NCBI RefSeq assembly: GCF_009914755.1
Contig: NC_060925.1
Reading direction: 5' to 3' (one strand)
Length of the DNA stretch: 64,000 nt
Origin: the human T2T-CHM13v2.0 reference genome, Homo sapiens
Made by a program: the position numbers and the translations under genes. Below the pieces are notes generated by a model that ran no database searches, was not told where the DNA came from, and worked only from the letters and a program-made list of their open reading frames with translations. Below are positions 28,894 to 53,279 of this stretch, piece by piece (position 1 is the first letter of the stretch; the number at the start of each line of letters is the position of its first letter).

Positions 28894-29329
28894 AAGAGGG
28901 TCTCACTTGTCACCCAGGCTGGAGTTGGTGGTGCAGTCTCAGCTCACTGCAACCTCTACTTCCCAGGCTCAAATGATCCTCCTGCCTCAGCCTCCTAAGT
29001 GGCTAATTTTTTTTTTGTTTTTGTTTTTGTAGAGACAAGGTTTCACTACATTGCCTAGACTGGTCTCAAACTCCTGGACTCAAGTGATTCATCTACCTGG
29101 GCCTCCCAAAGTGCTGGGATTACAGGTGTGAGCCACTGTGCCTGGCCCCCAAAATTTTTTAAATTTAAATTTAAATTTTTTAAATCACCAAACTCCATGC
29201 CTGGCATGTGCCTGTAGTCCTAGCTACTCAGAAGGCTGAGGTGGGAGGATTGCTTGAGACCAGGAGTTCAGGCTGCAACTCCAGCCTGGGTGACAGAGCA
29301 AGACTCCCTCTTGAAAAAAAAAAAAAGGT

Positions 29330-31910
<2,581 letters not shown>

Positions 31911-31930
31911 GATATAATAAGAAATATATA

Positions 31931-32190
31931 CAGATGCTTCTCAATTTATGATAGCAGGGTTACCTCCTAATAAACCTATCATAAATTTAAAATACCATGT
32001 CAAAAATGTATTTAAGACACCTAATCTGCTGAACATCTCATTGCTTAGTGTAGCCTACCTTAAATGTGCTCAGAACACATTAGCCTACAGTTGGACAAAA
32101 TCATCTAACACAATCCCTATTTTATAATAAAGTGTTGAATATCTCATGTAATTTATTGAATACTAAAGTGAAAAACAGTATAAGTATTGA
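31931..32190 (+). mobile_element. MER47-like (TcMar-Tigger) DNA transposon
   Basis: TA|CAGATGCTTCTC...tagcctaccttaaatgtgctcagaacac...tttataataaagtgttgaatatctc. Confidence 0.75.
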
Positions 32191-32228
32191 AGTAGTTTGT
32201 GGAAATAAGTAATTCAAAATCTAAGCTG

Positions 32229-34215
<1,987 letters not shown>

Positions 34216-35023
34216 TCATAAAACTTGCAATGCCAATACTCGCAATGGATATATTTCCTCATCCCATTGTTGAGTTTAGTTATCATGTGTGGGAGCAGAT
34301 GTGACACATGCCAATTCAAGCTGAAGTTTTAAGAAACATCACAAATTCTGCCTATTTTTTTTTTTACTATTCCTTTTGCAAGAAAATATAGCATGTCCCT
34401 CGCCAGTATGTTCCTTCAGCCCAGATCCTAAAGTGAGAAGATGGAGGAAGAGAACTTCAGTCTCCACCCACAATTACTGGTTTTTAGGATTTTAAATTTT
34501 AGGATTTTTTTCTTACTGCTGCAAGTCTAATACAAGCTTCATGTCAGAATATCATTTATAAAAATTAAAAATTAGAAATACACATGCAAACAACATAAAA
34601 GAATACATATATATCCAAGTGCATATTTCAGTTACATTAGAGTGGATGCCTATTACCAGGGGAAGGAATAAGAGTGGGAAATGGGATACAGGAAATAAAG
34701 AAACAAGAGAGACACCTCGCACAGGTCGATGATGATCAGTGTTAAGAACTAAGCAGTAGCATTAACTCGACTCTCTGCATGTGCTGTACAAAGACAACAA
34801 AAACCTCTGGAGTGACAAGTAACTGTTGGAGAAAGGTCCTGGGGGACTTGGAAGAGGAGGGAATTCACAATCCAGGTAGAGAAAATCGGCCTTGGGATCA
34901 CCTCCTCGTTCTGAGAGAGAAGCTGAGAGAAAGGCTTCTTAGGGATTCTGTTTTCAATGTAACCTGTACCAAAGGTGTTCTTCCAAGTGTGAGTGAGAAA
35001 GGGGCTCAAAGAGAGAGAGATAA

Positions 35024-35357
<334 letters not shown>

Positions 35358-35404
35358 AAAGAACTCATATTCTTAATGAAAAGACTAAAATGCCCATTTT
35401 TGTA

Positions 35405-35650
35405 TTTCAAATCCTACTCATCTATCAAGGTCTAGGCCAAAATTTACCTCTTCCGGAAAGATCCCCCCTGGATTCCCAATAGCTCTACCCTAAATAAATC
35501 TACAAATCACTCCTCTTCCTGCTGAAAATCCATAGCATTTATTATGTTAAATTGCGCCTGTGTTTTCTTTTCCGACCAGACTGAAGGATCCTTGAGGACG
35601 GCAGTACCTGGCATACCTACACAGTCAGCGTTCAACAAGTGTTTGCAAAG
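35405..35650 (+). mobile_element. L2 3' end containing the 71-nt WNT2B alternative exon
   Basis: atcctactcatctatcaag...acctcttccggaaag...agactgaaggatccttgagg...gtacctggcata...tcaacaagtgtttg follows the L2 3' consensus. Confidence 0.65.
35580..35650 (+). CDS. WNT2B: WNT2B distal isoform second exon (71 nt), TEGSLRTAVPGIPTQSAFNKCLQ(R)
   Basis: Acceptor tgttttcttttccgaccag ending at 35579 and donor AG|GTACAT at 35651. Converts phase 0 to the phase 2 needed by exon 2. Confidence 0.88.
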
Positions 35651-35697
35651 GTACATGATAATTAAAATGTCAGATAACCAATTATAAAAAATAAATT

Positions 35698-36001
<304 letters not shown>

Positions 36002-36172
36002 TCAGATAGCATTTCAGAAGAGGCTAAGAACATGTTGAACTGTTCAGGAAAGACTACATGGAATAGGGCCTTGAAAGAAGGGCAGGAATCAGCTAATTAG
36101 AAGACAGGAAGAGCATTTCAGGCCAAGGGAAAATGGTAAATAAACACAAAGAGTTAGAAGGATTGGAGGGAG

Positions 36173-36466
36173 GGCCAGGTGCGGTGGCTCATACCTGTAA
36201 TCCCAGCACTTTGGGAGGCCAAGGCGGGCAGATCACTTGAGCTCAGGGGTTCAAGACCAACCTATTCAACATAGACCACATCTCTACAGAAAATTTTTAA
36301 AATAAAAAAATTAGCTAGGTATGGAGGCCCACACCTGTGGTCCTAACTACTCAGGAGGCTAAAGTGGGAGGATCACTTGAGCCTGGGAATTTGAGGCTGC
36401 AGTGAGCCATGATTGTGCCACCGTACTCCTGCCTGGGTGACAGAGCAAGATCTTGTCTCAAAAAAT
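36173..36466 (+). mobile_element. AluJ
   Basis: Full dimer. Confidence 0.85.
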
Positions 36467-36739
36467 TTTTTCCAATAAAATAATTTTATTTATGTTCATA
36501 AATGTATTAGGGAAAATTTAGGATATGAGTTTCATCATCATGGGAGTGAGAACAACTTCCTAAGTAAGATAGTAACCTGGAAGCCATAAACATATATGTA
36601 TGACAAGTCACGTAAATAAAATTAAGAGAGAAAGAAAAGAATAGGAAAAGACATTTTCAAAATATATACAAAGGACTTATTTTCCACAATATGTAAAGAA
36701 ACTATTATAAATCAATATAAAAAAGACACTCAAGATTTA

Positions 36740-44257
<7,518 letters not shown>

Positions 44258-44749
44258 ATGTCAAACTTACTAAATCAGAGTGTTATCATTGCATGGTGGA
44301 AACTCAGGTTGCTATGCAGGGGTGAAGGTATTTCATCAGAAAGAAAAATAACTCAGACTCCAGAATTGTTTCTAATCATCCAACAATCATATATTGTTCA
44401 CTATTCTAGGAGTTGTAACACTTCTCAGTATGTTCAGGAGAAATGACAGGAGTAACTGTCTCATTGCTAAATAATTGTGCACAGTGGGGAGTACAGTGTC
44501 TTGATCATTAATTCCACAAAGCTGCTATGAGCAGAGGCACGATGGTCATGTTGACATGAACCAGGGAGTCTTAAAAGGGTAGATGGTTGGGAAAAAAGCG
44601 AGGGTATGACGACAGGCATAATCAGAGAACTCAAAAGTGATGTCAAAGTTAGGAACTTTGAACTGAGGATCTCAAATCACAGTAACGGATAAGATTGCTA
44701 AGGTAGTGACTCTCCAAGAGGTTCATAGTAATACTAAGCTGTTATTTGT

Positions 44750-46334
44750 TCATGTTTCCCTCGTTCTGTCATGAATGTACAATGGAGCTTTCCAGAGGCT
44801 ACATTATCACACCAGACTGAATGTAGAAGCACATAAGAGAATTCTGCTATTAAGCCGGACATTAAAGATAGAGTATTTGCAAAAATGTTAAATAATGCCA
44901 CTCTTTTCATGCTTTTTGTTTTGGAAATTATAGGTATTTTCCCATAAAAATATGGTATTAATATTAACAAGTATTGGGGTTATTATCGCTAATAATAAAA
45001 AAATTAAAATAAATATTTTTAAATGTTTCCATTTTGATCTGATAAAATACATTTTAGGCCAGGTGCAGTAGCTCATGCCTATAATCCCAGAACTTTGGGA
45101 GGTTGAGGCAGGAGGATTGCTTTAGCCCAGGAGTTCAAGACCAGCCTGGGCAACATAGTGAGACCCCGTCACTAAAAAAAATTTTTTTTAATTATTTAGG
45201 CATGGTGGTGCATACCTGTAGTCCCAGCTAATCGGGAGACTGAGGAGGGAAGATGGCTTGAGCCCAGGAGTTCAGGGCAAGCCATGATCGTGCCACTACA
45301 CTCCAGCTTGGGCAAGAGAGCAAGGCCCTGTCTCAAAAAATAAAAATAAATTAAAATCTTATATTTTAGAGCAGTTTTTAGATTTACAGAAAAATTGCAA
45401 AGATAGTACAAAGTGCCCATATATCCCAGTTTTCCCGATTACAAACATCTTTCTTACACTACAAATGTATGGTACAGTTGTCACAACAGTGGACCAATAC
45501 TAATATATTATTATTAATTAAAGTCCATACTTTGTTCAGAACGCCTCAGTTTTTCCCCAGTGTCCTCTTCCTTTTCCAGGATCCTATCCAAGTTATAATA
45601 TTACATTTACTTGTCGTGTCTCCTTAGGCGCCTCTTGGCTGTGACAGTTGCTCAGACTTTCCTTGTTTTTCATGACCTTGACAGTTTTAAGGAGTACTAG
45701 TCAGGTATTTTGTAGAATGTCCCCCTGGTGGAATTTACCAGGTGTTTTTTTCTTGATTAGACCGGGGTAATGGGGAGGAGGACCACAGAGGGAAAGTGTT
45801 GTTTTATCGCATCATATCAAGAGTACATACTATCAACCTGACACTGGTATGTTGACCTTGATCACCCAGTGAGGTTGTATTTGTCAGCTTTCTCCACTGT
45901 GAAGTTGCTTTTCCCCTCCACACTCCCTGTCTGTACAATACTCTTGGAAAAAGGTCACGATGCATAGCCCACACTTAAGTAGTAGGGAGTTGTATGTCAC
46001 CTCCTTCAGGGCAGAATACCCACATACATTATTTGGGATTCTGTATAGGAAATTTGTCTCTTCTCCTCCATTTATTTATTCATTCAATCATTTATTTGTA
46101 TCAGCATGGACTCATGGGTATTTAATTTTATGCTTTGGGTTACAATCGAAAACTGTTTTGTTTTGTTGCCCAAATTGTCCAGCTTTGGCCACTGGGAACT
46201 TTTCAGTTGGCTCCTGAGTTTATGTTAATTTTTAATATGGATAGCTATTACCCACATAAACAAAAGCTCTTTGGGGTCCTTGATAATTTGTGAGTGTAAA
46301 GAGGTCCTGAGACCAAAATGTTTGAGAACCACCG
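44750..46334 (+). mobile_element. Charlie1 (hAT) 3' part, split by an Alu (45057-45350) and a minus-strand L1M 3'UTR (45360-46215)
   Basis: ttccagaggctacat...ctattaagccggacattaaaga; terminus aaagctctttggggtcc...gtttgagaacc. Confidence 0.7.
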
Positions 46335-46339
46335 CTCTA

Positions 46340-46960
46340 GGGATCCTCTGGCTGACCCGAATCCCCGGTGTGTGTGCGCGCTTCGTCTGCAGGTAGGAGT
46401 TGTGGTCTGGACAGAAGCAAAGTAGGCCACACTCGCCTGCCCTTGGGAACACCCACTTCTCCGTGCCACGCCCGCTCCTAAGGTTTTCTTCGGGCAGAAA
46501 CGCGGGGATCCCCAAGAAGACGAAGCTCAGGCTGCCATGCCTTTCCCGCGAACGCCACGGCGCGGCGCCCGGTTCACAGGGCGAGTCGCCCACCCGCGAG
46601 TCGGAAAGCGCCCGGAATCTTGGCTAAAGCTCAGCGTTCTCCTCCGGGGCTGGGGCCCTGGCCAGGCCTGGCCTGAGCGGTCTCCCCTCACTCTGCGGCT
46701 CGCTCTCCCGGGCTACTCCGGCGCGCAGGTGCTGCGCCCGCGGGAGAGAGCGATCCTGCGGCCGTGGCGGACGCCGGGAGGAGCCACCGGGCTCTCCTCT
46801 CAGGAGCGCGTCCCCGTGCCCTCCAGCTGCCCGTCCCTGCTGAAAGCATCCGGACAGCTCCCCGGGCCGCGGCCCTGGGGCCCGCCAGAGCCCTGCCCTG
46901 CACCCCGCTCTCCCCTCTCTGGCCCGGAGGGCTGCGCCGGGCAGATCCTTTCCTCTGCAA
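46340..46960. promoter_or_regulatory. CpG island ~7 kb upstream of canonical WNT2B exon 1
   Basis: Abrupt CpG-rich block directly after a Charlie1 end. Confidence 0.75.
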
Positions 46961-48009
46961 GACAGAGACAAGCAGCGATAAACAGCTAAAGCTGGAGACC
47001 CGGCTAAATGATACAATAAGTTCTCTAATTGCCTCGAAAATAAGGTAATGATTTGGCAGAGGGAATGCTTTGATCTTATCAGGCAAGAGAGACCTCTCCA
47101 AAGGAAACCTCAGAGAAGGGCTGGAGGCCTCGGACTTGGGGGTGTGAAGCCCAAGGACAGCCTGCTTTCCCCGCCCTCCCCCGACCCTGCGTGTCCACGG
47201 TCCCCAGCCTCACCCTCCGGCTTTTCATGGAAAGACCCTTCTCCTGTGATGACTGGAGGAGAGTACACACACATAACACAGGGGTTAGGAGAGGAGGAGG
47301 GGGTGGGTTCTGGGTTTTTCAGGAACAGGAGGACGGCTGAAATGACTGGTGCAGTTTTAGAGAGGCTATAGAGAAGGAAATTGGGGGAGAGGGGATTGCG
47401 GACAGGGATTATGGAAAACCTGACTTGGCTCAAGTCTGATGATGTTTCTTACACAGTGAGGGCTGCTGATTTGAGCTTTTCAGGCAGGAGGGAGTGACAA
47501 AGGGAGGAGAACTTTGAGTGTCCTGCCTTCTCCAAGAATCTGCACACACACTCACACACACACCATTGCTCTGCGCTGTGGGTGTCCCTGCCTGGCAGAG
47601 GCCCCAGCACAAAGAGGATTAGAGAGATGAGCTAATCTGGTTTGTATCCCAGACATGGCCCCAGAAAGGGACCTTGTCCACCCTGATATGTAAGGATGTG
47701 AAGGAGTGAGGAGTCTTTCTTTGGGGGCCTGCTGGCTAACAGTACCAGAGACCCCACTCCACTGGAGTCCCTGGGATACTGCAGTCCTGACTTCAGGGTC
47801 AGATTTAGGAAGCAGAAAGACGGTCGGTCCCACAGAAGGAACTAGATCTCTACCCTACTTGTTTCACCAGTGGGGAAACTGAGGCCTGAAGTGGGAAAGT
47901 GATTTACAGAGTCATGCCAATAGTGCATGGCTGAGTTGGGGGAAAAAACCCTCAGGTTTTCTGACTTTTTACTGGTCCAGTGCTCCCTGCACTGTGTTGC
48001 AGGAGCTGC

Positions 48010-48510
48010 AAGGGAGAGGTATGAGACAGAGAGAGGGCAAGAGAAAGAGAGAGACGAAGACAGAAGCAAACATACACACCAAGGAAAATAGAGGTGCGCA
48101 CACACCCACATGCACAGAGAGACGGAGAAAGCCACAGAGAGTCAGAAACAACATGGAGAGACAGATGGAGAGAGTGAAGAAAGAGCAAGACAAACGGTCA
48201 TACAGATTCATACAGAGAGATACACACGGAGAGACAGGGAGTGACACAATCTGACAGGGAGACAGGCAAGAGACAGGGATTCAGAAAGAGAAGGACAGAG
48301 ACATTCAGACAGGGAGGGGGAGGCAGGCCAACTTAGACACATAGAGAGACAAATGAAGACAGGGAGATAAACACAAGAGACAGATGCAAATAGACAGAGA
48401 ATGACAGAAACAAGAGCCAGAGAGAGACCCAGGGAGATGGAGACTCAGAGAAGAGACATGGGGAGAGTATGAGAACAAGAGGCAGCGTGAACTGAGGAAG
48501 GCAGAGTGGG
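48010..48510. repeat. GA-rich low-complexity tract (AGAGAC-like)
   Basis: Direct reading. Confidence 0.75.
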
Positions 48511-50567
48511 AGGGAGGCAGGCCATGCCCTCTGCAGATATTTGTCCATTGGAAACAACTCTCACTTCCAGATCATTCTAGGGCCCAGAACAGGTGGTAGG
48601 GAGAGAAAGAGGGCTTAGTGCTTAGCCTGTGTGATACAGGCAGACTGGGAACCCTCCCTTGGGGAGAGGCTGGTCAGTTGACCACCCAGGATCCCAGCAG
48701 CACACCCACTGGCCTCACACAGAACCTGGGCCACCCGCCCGGAATGGCCGTCAGCCCGCCCACTGCCTGGCTCCAGTCTGATTACAGCCAAAGTGCCAAA
48801 AGGCTCCAGACACCCCCATTCCCTGCCCCCATCGTCTCACCTCCCCACGCCTCCTCTCCTCCTTCCCCTTCTCCTTTACATCCCTCTCTTCCTTTCTTCC
48901 TAGTCCTCAGGGGAGCAGTTTGTGCCCCTGTTTAGCCACTAGCTGGGAGGAAAGGGGTTCTCCTCCATCAAGCCCCCTTTCCTGGTTTGGAGCTGGATGC
49001 TCCTTCCCTCCAAAGCCCTTTTGGTCTGGCCTCTTTGAGACACGTTCCACGCCTCGCCTAAGAGCTCATAAATACCAAGGAGAGGCCGGCCAGGCTGTGT
49101 ACAAAGCGTGGATCCCCACTCTTTTCCCCCCTTAACAGCTCCTGGGTTCTTCCCAAGCTTCCTTTACTTCCCCAGACACCTGCATGGGGTGGCAGGGCAA
49201 GAGGTGAGGCATTAGTTACCTGTGTGAACCTGGCCCTATTTCAAATAAGACCTGCCTCGGTTTGCAAAGAAATCTCAGGAAAGGCGTCTCAGGGCCCCTT
49301 GTGCAAGCAGCAGGCTCAGGAATTCCTTGACTCCCATCCAAACCTCCCCCCAGCCCCTTCTTGGCCTTTCTCTCTGCTCATTACCATCCACACCACCTCC
49401 CACCCACCGGGAAAAAGAGAAGGTCATCGCCAAAGGGGCCCAGGGAAGGGGAGCCTTCTGGAGGATAGAGCAGGGTGGGGTAAGAGCTGTTTACCCACAC
49501 CCCAGCTCCCCTTAGCTCATCTCCCCTCCCATCCAAGGGCCAGCAAAAATTCAAAATCATTCAGCCACGCATAGCTGAGAACAGAGTGAAAAGAAATCTT
49601 AACTCTGTCCCACCAGAGAGCAGAGCATAAGGTGACATCAAGGGTGACAGTGGACCCTTCTTCTTTGGGCACCCACTTTTGAGAGGACAGGAGGAGGCTC
49701 TAGTGCCACTATGGGGAAGAGGGTGGACCTGACTCTGCTGGCTGGGTGGAAGCTGTCCTGCTGGAGGCCCCAGGTAATCTGGCAGCTTTCAGGGGACCTG
49801 GGATTCTTCCTCAGGTCTCTACTGATACTGTTCACTATGTCTGCAGCATGCACCCTTGAACTTCAGCAGAGCCTAGTGTGCCACCCACAGACGGTTTTAT
49901 TATATTTCCATGAAAATGCCTTGGGAGTAATGCCTTTTGCTCCTTGTTATTTAGGATACCCTGGCCAGTGTTGGGCACACAGCAGGTGCTCAGTAAGTGC
50001 TGACTTGACTCCATGCAGGGTTCTACAGACCAGAACTTAACTCTGAGATCAGTGACTCCTCCCTCTGGCTCCCAGAACTGAGAGTGAGAGTGTGGAATAA
50101 AATGAAGATGCAGGTCAGGAGCTAGCTTGAGCCTCTGGCCTTGACCCTCTGCCTGGCAGCCCCACAACAAGCCTTTGCGTGAGGAGCTGAGCTCTCCAGT
50201 AGTGTCTAGGACCTTGAGACTGGAAGTTTATTTTGAGATTTGAAGCTCCAAAGAGGCAGATCCCAGAAAACCTCTTCTCTGGCTCCATATTTGTTCTCTA
50301 GTTAAGTGGTTGAGTGCAGCTCTTGCAGTCAGCTGGCTCCTGCAGCCTGGGATTCCTCCCGGGGAACTGGGGACTCAGAGGAGAGGGGACAAAGAAGCAG
50401 AAGGAGCCAAGCCTCATCCTAGGTTGTCCACTCTGGGGGCAGAGGTGACTTGTAAACCTTAGAGAGAAGTCTAGTCCCCTCACCCACTTCCTTCCCTCTC
50501 AGAGCTGCTGATGTTTCTGGCTGTACCCCCCTCACCCCTCCCTTCAGCTCAGAAACATGCTTTAAAA

Positions 50568-50868
50568 TTTTTTTTATTTCTATTTATTTATTTTGAGACA
50601 GGGTCTCACTCTGTTGCCCAGGCTGGGTGCAGTGGTGCATTCATGCCTCACTGCAGCCTTGACTTCCTGGGCGTAAACAATCCTGTTGCCTCAGCCTCTC
50701 AAGTAGCTGGGACCACAGGTGTGCATGACCACACCTGGCTAATTTAAAAAATTTTTTGGGTCTCACCGTATTGACCAGGCTAGTCTCTAACTCCTGTGCT
50801 CAAGCCATCCTCCCAACTCGGCCTCCCAATGTGCTGGGATTACAGGCGTAAGCCACCAAGCCTGGGCC
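50568..50868 (-). mobile_element. AluJ
   Basis: Reverse dimer; TSD aaacatgcttta. Confidence 0.88.
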
Positions 50869-51559
50869 TCAAAAACATGCTTTAATACTTGAGCATCTGT
50901 GTTGTGCCAAGACACAGTCCCACTTGACTGTAAAGACAGCTCAGGCCAAAGAAGGGGCCTCAGAAGTGATTTGGGGGCCCATGTGGGCGAGTCCACTCTA
51001 GGTTAGGGCTGATGTGATCATCTTCAGCCAACTTTCCCCCTCCCTGCGCTTTCCACCAACCCCAGGCCCTGTGTAGAAATAAACACAGGGCCAGAGTCAC
51101 ACCCAGGTCTAAACACACAGGGGAGTCTGGGAGAGGCTGCTGGAGCTCCAAGACTGCCCTGTGTAGGGATGGGGCTGGGTTGGGAGGAGGTAAAAGAGTG
51201 GTCCAAGGAAAGAGGCCCAGCCAAGAAGGAGCCTGGGCTCATTCCTCTCCCACCTGCCCCTCTCAGGAAAACTAAGCACAGAGTCTGTGCCTTTCTAAGG
51301 AAATAGCCAGGCCAACTGGAGCCCACCCGACAAAAAGAAAGGGAGAGAAGGGGAAGAAAATAAGTTAGCCTGTTGGCCACAAAGGATATGGTCCCAGTTT
51401 CTGTGCCAGGAAGTCGGCCCTGAGAAGTGTCTGTATTCAGTCCTCTCCAACTCCCATCCAACTCCAGCCCAGCCCCCACTTTCCACCCAAGTGGGGAGCA
51501 CTGCCTCCCATTCATGACTTGGAGCACCTCAGGGACTCATCTGAATTCTCTTCCTCCAC

Positions 51560-51972
51560 GCACTCCGCTCCAGCTGGATGGCCTTCTCGATAACCCTCGT
51601 ACACCAGCCCACTCCTGCCTTTGGGTCCCTGTACGGGCTCTGCCCTCGGCTTAGGATGCTCTTCACCAGGAAGCTGCCTGGCTTGATTCCTTGCCTCCTT
51701 CAAATCTCTGCTTGCATGTCACCTTAATGAGGCCTACCCTGATCATCCTAGTTGCAACTGTAACCATCCCCTTGACTGTGCTCTCTTTACCACTGCACTT
51801 ACTACTTTTTAACATACTCTGTTTTACTTCTGATGTTTATTGTTTATGGTCTATCCTCCTGCAATAGAAGGCAAACTCCATGAGGGCATAGACTGTTCAC
51901 CAATGGGTCCCTAGTGCCTAGCACAGTCCTGGCATGTGGTAGGAAATAAGTATTTGTTGAATTAATGAATGC
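51560..51972 (+). mobile_element. L2 3' end
   Basis: ctccatgagggca...gtgcctagcacagtcctggcatgtggtagg...tatttgttgaattaatgaatg. Confidence 0.75.
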
Positions 51973-52008
51973 ACTCATCACCTTACCACAGAAAGTGGGG
52001 GTAAAGGA

Positions 52009-53279
52009 GTGTCACTGTAGGTTGGGGACAGGAGGGAAGTGCTTGCAGCCCCTTCCCACTCTGCCCGCCCACAGAAGTTGGGGCTGCGGAGTGAGGGGCG
52101 CTAGGACCCGGAGGCGGTGGGGAGAGAGGTTAAAGGTTCCTCTGAAACCTTCTCCACTATCTCTGTCTCTGAGATGTCTGCAGCCAGCTGCACCCCATCT
52201 GCTTACACTCGGGAGGCACCTCTAACGCCACCACCGCCCCCCACCCCCAACCAAAGACTGACAGTGAATTTGGAGTTGGGGGCATCGGCAGTTACTAGTA
52301 AGTTGTTTACCCCAGGACTTTAAAATCATATGAGGAGGCAGGAAAGACACCTGCGAGGTGGGAGAAACTGAGGCTGAAGAAGCGACTGGAGCCAGATCCC
52401 AGGTGAACTCTGAACTCTCGAAGTTAAGCCCAGGATTTTAAAAAGAATTTTACTTCTGACGGAGGGCCACAGTGCCCGCAGGGCCCGTACCTGCTATCCT
52501 GGGAGGTTTGAGGGTTGGGGTGGTGGGGAGAGGAGAGTCTCTTTCGGCAGACTGCACCTCCCCACCCCTTCCCTATTTACCACGCCCCCAGGCGCTGTGC
52601 GGGCGGAGGGAGGGTGAAGGAGCAGTGGGGAGGAGGCAGGGCGAGAAGACGAAGGAGGGAAAAAGCTCCAGGGCTTCCACTCTCTCGGCAGGACCCCCAC
52701 CCTGGCCTCTGGTGCGGGAAAACCTCCCAGCTGTTTCTGATTCTTTCATACTCTCAGCCCCGCCCGAGAGGGTGGAGGACCGAGGCACAGAGGGGGAGCG
52801 GGGAGAGACTGAGCTCCGCTGAGCCCAGGAGTAAGGGGCGGGGAGTCCGCAGGTGCCCCCTTAGCGTCGGCAGTCGATTCCCGGTCCGTAAAGAAAAGCA
52901 CCCGGGCCGGGCAGGCCGGGCAAGCAGGAGCCAGGTCTAAACGTGATGCATTGGGGGTGGGGGGTGCAGTGGCTCAGAAGAAGCAGGGGCGATGAGCTCT
53001 AGCTGAAAGCATCCCCTGCTAGAAGCCGACTGCCCACGGCGCTCCTGTAGGCAGTGTTGAAAAGGTAGTTAAGACCTCCAACTCCCGGTGGCAGGGACTC
53101 TACCCATTTCACAGAAGCGCAAGGATGGAGGAAATGAGTGCATCCTCCGTGCTCAGCGCCGGTGTCACTGTAGGTTGGGGACAGGAGGGAAGTGCCCGCA
53201 TCCCCTTCCCGCTCCGCCAGCCTGGCCGTCACCCATAGAAGTGGGGCTGCTGAGTGAAGGGCGCTAGGACCCGGTGGCG
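52009..53279 (+). repeat. Dispersed direct duplication (52009-52116 and 53162-53279)
   Basis: First 34 nt identical (gtgtcactgtaggttggggacaggagggaagtgc), then similar through gggcgctaggacccgg. Confidence 0.9.

Noticed and set aside
45718-45733. CTCF-like CCACCAGGGGGACA in L1 (minus strand)
   Set aside because: Lacks the GCR end of the core motif and lies in an old L1.
46225-47433. Many overlapping ORFs on both strands
   Set aside because: Expected from stop-codon scarcity in GC-rich DNA; no recognisable protein.
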